Source: an uncultured Candidatus Saccharibacteria bacterium (GTDB lineage: Bacteria > Patescibacteriota > Dojkabacteria > SC72). From it: a stretch of DNA of 64,000 bases. Numbering within the stretch: position 1 is the stretch's first letter; every line of letters starts with the position of its first letter. The translations under genes were made by a program, and so were the position numbers. Location: NCBI GenBank assembly GCA_964621195.1, contig CAZULJ010000001.1:97200-161199 (forward strand), written 5' to 3'. The notes beneath the pieces were generated by a model. The model made no database searches, had not been told where the DNA came from, and saw nothing but the letters and a program-made list of their open reading frames with translations. Of this stretch, positions 1 to 7,473 are shown piece after piece.

Positions 1-1
1 A

Positions 2-427
2 ATGTCATCTGAGATATATTTACAACCATACAGGGCAATAGATTCCCATTTGCAGGGATACATTAAAGTAATAAACCTTGGTAATACAATAATTGATAGT
101 GTAGAGATTGTAAAATCAAATCCGGATATAACAGAATATATGGATTTTGTAGAAAACAATACCTCAAAAATACTACTACCGGGAGAGAGCATGGAAATAA
201 AGTTTAATATCCCCTCTCAGGAAATTACCACCCCATTCTATACAGTAGTGAAAGGAATAAGTGGCAACTTAGAGACGGACGAGATATATACAGAGAAAGA
301 GATTGAGATATTAGAGCAAAATATTACATTAGATATCTTCGCAAAACTACTATCAATCTTAATATATTTCATACTAGCAGTACCTATATATTTCGTAGTT
401 AACAAAATGACAAAGAAATATGGATAA
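2..427 (+). CDS. Hypothetical protein with C-terminal transmembrane helix (probably 5'-partial)
   Basis: ORF at the window edge; hydrophobic C-terminus IFAKLLSILIYFILAVPIYFVV; overlaps the next gene. Confidence 0.6.
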   Translation: MSSEIYLQPYRAIDSHLQGYIKVINLGNTIIDSVEIVKSNPDITEYMDFVENNTSKILLPGESMEIKFNIPSQEITTPFYTVVKGISGNLETDEIYTEKEIEILEQNITLDIFAKLLSILIYFILAVPIYFVVNKMTKKYG

Positions 428-836
428 CTCAGTAATAATAACAATCTTAATAGTAGGATTAGTAATAGTACTCTTTGTAATGGCTAGAATAAATAGCTTA
501 CAAGTACCAACCAGAAAAAGAGAAAAGATACAAAAAGCCCTTAAAGAATTAGACCTTCAAATTCAAAGTCAAGATCTTTACGCTAGAAGAGATGCGATAA
601 TAAGGTTAGACAATCTACTTAGTAAGGCTTTACAAACAAGATATAGAAATGATAGCAGCTGTGGGGACAATCTTAAGAATGCAAAAAAACTATTTAAAAA
701 AGAAGATTATCAAAAAGTATGGGATGTTCATAAAATAAGGAATGCAATAGTACACAAAGATGAAGATATAAGCTATGATAGTGCTCAAGAAGCATATAAA
801 GTATATAAAATGGCAATAACAAAAGTATTAGGATGA
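420..836 (+). CDS. Hypothetical membrane-anchored protein
   Basis: 138-aa ORF with N-terminal TM helix; ATGA overlap with the next ORF. Confidence 0.7.
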   Translation: MDNSVIITILIVGLVIVLFVMARINSLQVPTRKREKIQKALKELDLQIQSQDLYARRDAIIRLDNLLSKALQTRYRNDSSCGDNLKNAKKLFKKEDYQKVWDVHKIRNAIVHKDEDISYDSAQEAYKVYKMAITKVLG

Positions 837-1465
837 AAATAAAAACATTGTGCATATTACCAATAATTTTTCTCTCACTAACTTCATTTGTTCAGGCAGA
901 TCAGGTACCTGTAGTTGTTGATGAGGAAATAGCAGAGGAGGAATCAATACCTGTAGTAACAGAAGATACAGAGAAGAAGGCTGTAACAAGTGAGAACCAA
1001 TACTTTGAACTAGAGTTAGTAAGAGGACCTCAAAATGCACTAAATAAAACAATACCATACACACTATATATAACTCCTAAAATAGAGTCCGAGAAGACTC
1101 AAATACTTTGGGAGGTTCCATCTACATTAGGAGTAAAACCCTCTCATAGAGAGTTTGTAACACTTAACAAAGATGAAACATATAAATTCAAAGCTACTAT
1201 ATCTCCACAAAGGGAAGGAACCTATGATGTGACTGTTAACATTGTCTCTTGGCAATACAATACAAACTATACAAACAGTGTAAGCTCAACAGTTACACTG
1301 AGTGAGAACCTACTAGTTCAACCGGTTGACTCCGAATACACCGTTAGCATTTTACTTATGGTTGTTTTGGGAATATTGCTACTTGCTGCAGGAGCTTTCT
1401 TTGCATATAAATCTTCTGACAAGTTGATAAAGAGATTAAAGATCTGGCTTACGCCACCTTACTAA
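833..1465 (+). CDS. Hypothetical exported protein with beta-rich domain and C-terminal TM anchor
   Basis: Signal-peptide-like N-terminus, beta-rich middle, hydrophobic C-terminal helix. Confidence 0.7.
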   Translation: MKIKTLCILPIIFLSLTSFVQADQVPVVVDEEIAEEESIPVVTEDTEKKAVTSENQYFELELVRGPQNALNKTIPYTLYITPKIESEKTQILWEVPSTLGVKPSHREFVTLNKDETYKFKATISPQREGTYDVTVNIVSWQYNTNYTNSVSSTVTLSENLLVQPVDSEYTVSILLMVVLGILLLAAGAFFAYKSSDKLIKRLKIWLTPPY

Positions 1466-1739
1466 GTCTCTCTTTTATATCCGCAATATCCTTTTCAAGC
1501 CTTTCTACTCTTTCTAACAAAGACGCTTCTTTGTAACTTGGGGTTAGAAAATAATCTAAAGGTTTAACAAGTGTCTCGGAAAGCTTTTTTAGAACTTCTA
1601 AGTTCGGATATGATCTTGATGATTCATAGGAACTAATCGTCTTATCAGACAGTCCAAGAGCAAGACCTAAGCTTCTTTGAGAAAGCCCATACTCCTCTCT
1701 TGCTTTTTTTAATCTAAAACCAAAATCTTTAGGAGACAT
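1449..1739 (-). CDS. XRE/HTH_3 family transcriptional regulator
   Basis: FGFRLKKAREEYGLSQRSLG...ISSYESSRSYP is a typical Cro/C1 HTH pattern. Confidence 0.9.
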   Translation of the reverse strand: MSPKDFGFRLKKAREEYGLSQRSLGLALGLSDKTISSYESSRSYPNLEVLKKLSETLVKPLDYFLTPSYKEASLLERVERLEKDIADIKERLSKVA

Positions 1740-1741
1740 AT

Positions 1742-2296
1742 TTACTTAATCAACATATTAAGTATTTCTTTTAGAAAATCTAAAAATGATTGCCTCTCTT
1801 TTACGACATGTACCTCTTTTCTACCTACGGAATAAACATCAAAACCTTCCTCATATCTTTTTAAACTATCGTTTAAATTGTATGGATTTTTTAACTCCTC
1901 TCTCAACTCCTGAATTATTGAGTTCTTTTCGTTTAGTAAAACTCCGCTTTGTTCGATTTGATTTCCCAAATCTTCAATTCTTTGCAACAATCTTCTTTCA
2001 GTAACCTGTAAGTTTCTCAGTTGGTCTTCTATTCCAGAAATCTTTTTAGCATTAGCAATTAACTTGGTATGCTCTTCGGACTTTAATAGCTTCGTTCTGA
2101 TATCATCCTCTGACATTGCACCATATTTGTAATAGGAAAGCTCTCTAGTACTAGGTTTTCTACCAAGTACTTCTTGATATACACTCTCAATCATTGGAAC
2201 GCGGTCTGAAGGAAGATCACTGAAGGAACTTTTCTTTCCCCCACTACTGTAATCATCATTTGTATCTTTGAAAAAATCCTCACCACCGGTTAACAT
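1742..2296 (-). CDS. Hypothetical coiled-coil protein
   Basis: 184-aa ORF, co-oriented with and 2 nt from the HTH gene. Confidence 0.7.
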   Translation of the reverse strand: MLTGGEDFFKDTNDDYSSGGKKSSFSDLPSDRVPMIESVYQEVLGRKPSTRELSYYKYGAMSEDDIRTKLLKSEEHTKLIANAKKISGIEDQLRNLQVTERRLLQRIEDLGNQIEQSGVLLNEKNSIIQELREELKNPYNLNDSLKRYEEGFDVYSVGRKEVHVVKERQSFLDFLKEILNMLIK

Positions 2297-2354
2297 ATCT
2301 AATTATACAGTAGATAAGGGAATTTTTCACTAACACTCGGGGTTTACAAAAAAC

Positions 2355-2363
2355 TGGAGCGGG
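2355..2363. repeat. Distal att core (duplicated tRNA-Gly 3' end)
   Basis: TGGAGCGGG identical to 5088-5096 and 6866-6874; the following ~30 nt resemble those after 5096. Confidence 0.8.
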
Positions 2364-2461
2364 GCACTGGAGGAAGTCCGAACCGCAATCGAAAACGGAA
2401 CCCTCATAGTGCCCCAAAAGTCGTTTATTCCTAACTTTATTAATTTTCAGATTTAAAGTAT

Positions 2462-4348
2462 CTACATTGTAAAATTGACGATTCGTCCTTTTACATATGT
2501 ATATTTTGTATCAGAGTCAACACCGTACTTAATCACCGCTTCTATCGATTTTAATATTATGGCTTTCTCATTGTCATTTATTACCTCTAATTCCCCTCTC
2601 TTTTTACCATTGATCATTATAATAATTTTCTTCATTGATGTTTCAATTAAATCAGTTCTCATTACAGGATATTTTTGCAAATGAACAGATTGCTTTTCTC
2701 CTACCATCTCCCACAACTCCTCAGTGATGAAAGGAGCAAATGGTGCAAATAATTTAACAAAATCCTTCCAGATGAATATATCTACCATTTCATCTTTATT
2801 AATTTCATTAACAAAATCCATTATTCTACTAATTGCTACATTCCAGTTATACTCATGAAATGATCGACTAATTTGAGAGATTGCCTTATTAAACGCTTCT
2901 TTAACTTCGTTTCTAACAGGATAACCCTTTCCATCGACTTTATTTACACCTATTCTATATATACGGTTTAAGAATCTATGGATACCAGGAATAATGACTG
3001 GATCCCAAGGAACATTTTCTTGGAACGGTGCTGCAAATTGCGTAAACAACCTCAATGTATCTGCTCCGTATTTATTAACCTCTGTATCCATATCAGGTGC
3101 ATTAGCCAATCTTTTTGAAAACTTTCCACCATCTTTTGCTACTACCAATCCACATCCAATATAAGTGTTTACAGGTTCTTCTACATCTAAATAACCGATA
3201 TCATACAAAAACATCGCAATGAATCTTGCATAGATCAAGTGAGCGGTATAATGCTCTTGAGCGCCTTGGTACCAATCAATGGGAAACCAATTTTTTACAA
3301 TTTCTTTTGAAAATGGCTCAGTTTCATTTGTTGGGTCAAAATACCTATACATATACCATGCAGAACTAACAAAAGTATCCATGACATCTACTTCTCTTTG
3401 TGCTTTTCCTCCACACTTGGGACAAGTTCCACCTTCGTAGAAATCTTGGTGCTTTTTCAAGGGAGCGGTTCCCGTTGGAATATAATTAACATCATAAGGC
3501 AAAATCACTGGAATATTTTCAATTGGAACTGGCTGTTCACCGCACTTATCACAGTAAACAATAGGAATTGGCGTTCCCCAATATCTCTGCCGAGAAATAC
3601 ACCAATCGTGCAATCTATATTCTACATCTCCGTTCTTTTTTACTTTTCCTATCCATTGTTTATGCAACTTCTTGCCTGTTTCTGGCCAGTCCAAAGAGTC
3701 AATTCCTTTATATAATCTTTCTTGATATTTTGTGATTTTAAAATACCATTGCGTAATCTTTTTAGTCGTTATCGAGTTTCCACATCTTTCACAAGTACCA
3801 CCTTCAATAATTTGTTCCTTTGAAATAACCGTTTTACAGCTATTACAATATCCAACCTCGTCATTTGATCTATATGCTAATCCTTTTTCGTACAACTTCA
3901 AAAATAACCATTGAGTCCATTTGTAATAGTTAATATCAGCTGTATTTAAATATGTTTCTTCGTTGTAACTCAACCCTATTCGTCTGTATTGTCTGTGGAT
4001 ATTTTTAATGCTACTGTCCGTCGCATCTTTTGGATGAATACCTGTTTTAATAGCATAATTTTCCGCAGGCAATCCAAAAGTATCATACCCCATCGGGTAG
4101 AACACATTGTAACCATTCATTCTGTGGTATCTTGCAATCATATCAGTACCTCCAAAACTCTCGGTATAGCCTACATGAACTCCTTTCGCTGATGGGTAGG
4201 CGAATGTATCCATACAAAAGTATTTGGGCTTACTTTTATCAATTGCCTTTGTATAGTCTGACGATTTGGAATAAAGAGTCTTCTCCCAAATATCTAACCA
4301 TTTTTCTTCGATTGTTTTATGGTCATATACGACATTTTCCGTTTCCAT
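2462..4348 (-). CDS. leuS: Leucine--tRNA ligase, short form lacking the CP1 editing domain
   Basis: FAYPSAKGVHVGY, GYDTFGLPAENYAI, YRLHDWCISRQRYWGTPIP, DVMDTF, EHYTAHLIYARF, KFSKR; only 628 aa; upstream T-box has a Leu specifier. Confidence 0.9.
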   Translation of the reverse strand: METENVVYDHKTIEEKWLDIWEKTLYSKSSDYTKAIDKSKPKYFCMDTFAYPSAKGVHVGYTESFGGTDMIARYHRMNGYNVFYPMGYDTFGLPAENYAIKTGIHPKDATDSSIKNIHRQYRRIGLSYNEETYLNTADINYYKWTQWLFLKLYEKGLAYRSNDEVGYCNSCKTVISKEQIIEGGTCERCGNSITTKKITQWYFKITKYQERLYKGIDSLDWPETGKKLHKQWIGKVKKNGDVEYRLHDWCISRQRYWGTPIPIVYCDKCGEQPVPIENIPVILPYDVNYIPTGTAPLKKHQDFYEGGTCPKCGGKAQREVDVMDTFVSSAWYMYRYFDPTNETEPFSKEIVKNWFPIDWYQGAQEHYTAHLIYARFIAMFLYDIGYLDVEEPVNTYIGCGLVVAKDGGKFSKRLANAPDMDTEVNKYGADTLRLFTQFAAPFQENVPWDPVIIPGIHRFLNRIYRIGVNKVDGKGYPVRNEVKEAFNKAISQISRSFHEYNWNVAISRIMDFVNEINKDEMVDIFIWKDFVKLFAPFAPFITEELWEMVGEKQSVHLQKYPVMRTDLIETSMKKIIIMINGKKRGELEVINDNEKAIILKSIEAVIKYGVDSDTKYTYVKGRIVNFTM

Positions 4349-4371
4349 GTTTTTATTATATTAAAAATAAA

Positions 4372-4680
4372 ATAAAAAATCCCTCTGTGTGTTTGATATT
4401 TCTTACACACAAAGGGATGAACGGATTAATGTCCATGGTACCACCCTAATTTGACTGCATAGTTGCCTATACAATCCTTTATAACCACTCTCAAAACTGG
4501 AAGAGATAAGTAAGCACAAATGTGCCTACGAACCACTCCGTTAAGGATATGGTCTGTCAAATTTATTCGGTTTGCTTCCGTCAGGTTCTACTTATTAGTA
4601 ACTTACTAATTTTCTTCCTGCTACTCCCCGGCGAGTTTACCTTCGGCCATTACAGCGAGAAGACTCCGGATCATCGTATT
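4372..4680 (-). promoter_or_regulatory. T-box riboswitch (specifier CUC = Leu) with intrinsic terminator
   Basis: Minus strand: T-box AGGGTGGTACCATG (4447-4434), terminator hairpin 4418-4379 followed by a U-run, Stem II with AGUA, specifier CTC at 4635-4633. Confidence 0.85.
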
Positions 4681-4744
4681 AAATTAAAATTATTATACTA
4701 AATATTATATTTTTAGGCAAATTTAAGTTTTTATTAATACTCAG

Positions 4745-4954
4745 ATGAATAAACTTAAACCTCAAGCTATATTTGACTTCATGAAAGTCTACTATGAAGT
4801 CACTGGCAAAGTTATCCCCTATGAACAAGCAGAAGATGAGGCAACACGACTTATGAGATTGATGACTCTAGTTTTGACTAGCGACAAGATTCGAGCCATG
4901 AAAATGCAGATAGCACGGACTAAAGCTAATGCAGAAGAGATTAAAAATAGATAA
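4745..4954 (+). CDS. Small conserved cassette protein (69 aa), copy A
   Basis: Near-identical to 6517-6732; 5' differences are largely synonymous or conservative, supporting coding status. Confidence 0.8.
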   Translation: MNKLKPQAIFDFMKVYYEVTGKVIPYEQAEDEATRLMRLMTLVLTSDKIRAMKMQIARTKANAEEIKNR

Positions 4955-5087
4955 CTACAGCTCTAATTTGTTGTCAAATTTTTTAAATCTTTAAAAAAAG
5001 GGATATCTCAGATATGCGGTTTTGTCTTTGCCTTAGGACTTTCCGGTGATTTTGATGCATCGCTTGCGATATATCGTCTACGATGTA

Positions 5088-5096
5088 TGGAGCGGG
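5088..5096. repeat. Internal att core (attP-like junction between the cassettes)
   Basis: TGGAGCGGG; its left flank matches the tRNA-proximal arm and its right flank matches the distal junction. Confidence 0.8.
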
Positions 5097-5172
5097 GCAT
5101 TGGAGGAAGTTCGAACCGCAATTGAGAAAGGTGAAATCAAATATATTCCATCAAATCTACATATTCCAAAGT

Positions 5173-5832
5173 TTATGAACTTTTATCAAGCATTTTAAGT
5201 AAATCAAAAAGATTATTTATTTTTATTTTGACAGAATCCAATATCTCCTTAGGTGTATTACTATTTGGATATAGAATAGGCATTCCAAGTTCTTTAAGCA
5301 ACTGTTCATCACTATCGCCGTCTCCAATTATTGCGTATTGATCTAGTGTGTGGTTGTGCAAACTTGCGAAGTTTTTAACCTGATTAAGTTTTAACCCTGC
5401 TTGGTCTACCTTATAATCAATACCTGATAAATCTCCATTATTATCCCAGAGAAGCTTTGTATTAGAAAACCAATCAGATACTCCAAGTTTCTTTGAGATT
5501 GTTTCTACATATAAGTCCATTGAGCCCGATATGACCACAACTTTATATTTAGATTGTAAGGTTGCGATTACTTCAAATGCTTCTGCACGTACTTCAATTT
5601 CATCAAAAATTCTCTGAACGTTTTTTCTAGTTGCATTACCTGTTTCTACCCAACATTTTGTTACTAAATCATTTGCAGTTTGTATATCAATCTCATTTTT
5701 TCGAAGCTGGTAAAGATATTTAATAACCATATTGAAATCTGCTCCCAGTTTGTCTGTTAGTACCTTCCAAGAAATTTCCTCTACAAGTGTGCCATCGATA
5801 TCAAAAAAGATTGTATTTATATCTGATTTCAT
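5173..5832 (-). CDS. HAD-IB family phosphatase (SerB-like)
   Basis: Motif I FFDIDGTLV, motif II VISGS, motif IV IIGDGDSD. Confidence 0.9.
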   Translation of the reverse strand: MKSDINTIFFDIDGTLVEEISWKVLTDKLGADFNMVIKYLYQLRKNEIDIQTANDLVTKCWVETGNATRKNVQRIFDEIEVRAEAFEVIATLQSKYKVVVISGSMDLYVETISKKLGVSDWFSNTKLLWDNNGDLSGIDYKVDQAGLKLNQVKNFASLHNHTLDQYAIIGDGDSDEQLLKELGMPILYPNSNTPKEILDSVKIKINNLFDLLKMLDKSS

Positions 5833-5836
5833 AATT

Positions 5837-6436
5837 TTATTTACTTGTAGCTCTAGTTAAATAATAATTATCCATACCCTCGTTGAATAATCGATCGAGA
5901 TGTGAAACTAGATCCGTAATAAAATCAAATTCATAGCCTTTTGTACTTGCAATTTGTACATCAAACATCTTCTTTATCCAGTTATGAGAATTTCCTTTTT
6001 GCTTATAATCAACTAGCTCTAGAATTATAGCAATGCCATCACAAAGCATTAATAGATCTTGTTCAGGTTTTGTAAGTTCGGGTAATACTATCCCAGAATC
6101 ATTTAACATTTCGGTTTTAACTTTTTTCTCAGCCTTTTTGAAAATCTCACGAATATCTGTATTTTCAAAATATTGTTTCCAACTTCTGCTTCCTGTTGGG
6201 ATATCGCCAATAACCGATTCCTGCCAGTCATGTGTAATAGCATGAGTAACTACATTTGAAACGTTGATACCTGCGACTTTGCTACCTAATAGAAGCACTA
6301 AGTTAGCAACCTTAAATGAATGTTCGGCAATAGATTCTGTTTGGTTTGTGTTTATACCTGCAAATAAGGTAGGGCCAGTCCTCTTAATGTATTTAAGATT
6401 GTTTAGTGTTTCAATAAGTTTGATAATACTGTCCAT
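5837..6436 (-). CDS. HD-domain hydrolase (YfbR/HDDC2-like 5'-deoxynucleotidase)
   Basis: LKYIKRTG...ESIAEHSF...THDWQESVIGDIPT...CD pattern. Confidence 0.9.
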   Translation of the reverse strand: MDSIIKLIETLNNLKYIKRTGPTLFAGINTNQTESIAEHSFKVANLVLLLGSKVAGINVSNVVTHAITHDWQESVIGDIPTGSRSWKQYFENTDIREIFKKAEKKVKTEMLNDSGIVLPELTKPEQDLLMLCDGIAIILELVDYKQKGNSHNWIKKMFDVQIASTKGYEFDFITDLVSHLDRLFNEGMDNYYLTRATSK

Positions 6437-6516
6437 AGGCTTTTATTCATAATTTAATACCTTAGTTTACCATCTTGAATAGATTTAATAAAACTAAGTA
6501 TTAAATTATTAAAATA

Positions 6517-6732
6517 ATGTCTATGAAGAAACTTAAACCAGAGGCAATTTTAGATTTCATGAAGGTCTACTATGAAATCACTGGCAAAGTTATCCCCTAT
6601 GAACAAGCAGAAGATGAGGCAACACGACTTATGAGATTGATGACTCTAGTTTTGACTAGCGACAAGATTCGAGCCATGAAAATGCAGATAGCACGGACTA
6701 AAGCTAATGCAGAAGAGATTAAAAATAGATAA
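6517..6732 (+). CDS. Small conserved cassette protein (71 aa), copy B
   Basis: Paralog of 4745-4954. Confidence 0.8.
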   Translation: MSMKKLKPEAILDFMKVYYEITGKVIPYEQAEDEATRLMRLMTLVLTSDKIRAMKMQIARTKANAEEIKNR

Positions 6733-6874
6733 CTACAGCTCTAATTTGTTGTCAAATTTTTTAAATCTTTAAAAAAAGGGATATCTCAGATATGCGGTTT
6801 TGTCTTTGCCTTAGGACTTTCCGGTGATTTTGATGCATCGCTTGCGATATATCGTCTACGATGTATGGAGCGGG
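6523..6874 (+). repeat. ~350-bp direct repeat, copy B
   Basis: Matches 4745-5096 and ends inside the tRNA-Gly 3' end. Confidence 0.95.
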
Positions 6875-6941
6875 AGACGGGACTCGAACCCGCAACCCTC
6901 TGTTTGGAAAACAGACATTCTAACCATTGAACTACTCCCGC
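6866..6941 (-). tRNA. tRNA-Gly(TCC)
   Basis: GCGGGAGTAGTTCAATGG...TCTGT-TT-TCC-AA-ACAGA...GGTTCGAGTCCCGTCTCCCGCTCCA. Confidence 0.95.
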
Positions 6942-6953
6942 ATTGAGTAGATT

Positions 6954-7373
6954 TTACTCTGCACTCTCCTCTTTTTCAACTTCCTCTCCAACAACAGGAA
7001 CCTCAACCTCATCAGTTAAATACAAGTCCTTAAGATTAGATACCTTAAGAGCTCTTCTTCCCACCCTATCTTTAAGGTAGAATAACTTAGATTTTGTAAC
7101 AGTACCTCTTTTTACAACCTCAATCTTCTCTAAAAGATTGGAATGCATAGGTACAACTCTTTCAACACCTACTCCATAAGATATCTTTCTTACAGTAAGT
7201 GTCTGATTCATTCCCGAAGATTTCATGGAGATAACAACTCCTTCAAAAATCTGTATTCTTTCCTTGTTACCTTCCTTAATCTTCATGTGTAATCTAACGG
7301 TGTCACCGACCTTTACATCTGGTCTCTTCTTTAGCTGATCCCCCTCTATTTTCTTCATCATATTTATATCCAT
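6954..7373 (-). CDS. rplS: 50S ribosomal protein L19
   Basis: VGDTVRLHMKIKEGNKERIQIFEGVVI...VRKISYGVGVER; start placed at MDIN (the ORF track starts at 7400). Confidence 0.95.
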   Translation of the reverse strand: MDINMMKKIEGDQLKKRPDVKVGDTVRLHMKIKEGNKERIQIFEGVVISMKSSGMNQTLTVRKISYGVGVERVVPMHSNLLEKIEVVKRGTVTKSKLFYLKDRVGRRALKVSNLKDLYLTDEVEVPVVGEEVEKEESAE

Positions 7374-7473
7374 GTCTTTTGTAGTAATATATAAAAACAT
7401 AATAATTATTATGCACCGGCTATTATAGAATAATTTTCTAAATTATGCCACAATATACAGGAATAAAACTGCC

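Larger units (their letters stand above)
4745..5096 (+). repeat. ~350-bp direct repeat, copy A
   Basis: 4800-5096 appears identical to 6578-6874 (offset 1778); the first ~55 nt are diverged. Confidence 0.95.
2355..6874. mobile_element. Tandem array of two recombinase-less cassettes at the tRNA-Gly(TCC) 3' end (unit A 2355-5096, unit B 5088-6874)
   Basis: Core TGGAGCGGG (reverse complement of the tRNA 3' end including CCA) at 2355, 5088 and 6866; both units share end modules but carry different cargo. Confidence 0.8.

Noticed and set aside
2368-2382. GGAGGAAGTCCG resembles the RNase P RNA GAGGAAAGUCC motif
   Set aside because: It is one A short, has no downstream RNase P elements, and the second copy near 5101 varies at synonymous positions, so it is better explained as the coding tail (LEEVR).
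2355-2395. Possible extra tRNA or pseudo-tRNA at the att junctions
   Set aside because: Only the last 9 nt match tRNA-Gly exactly; no D-arm or anticodon arm is present.
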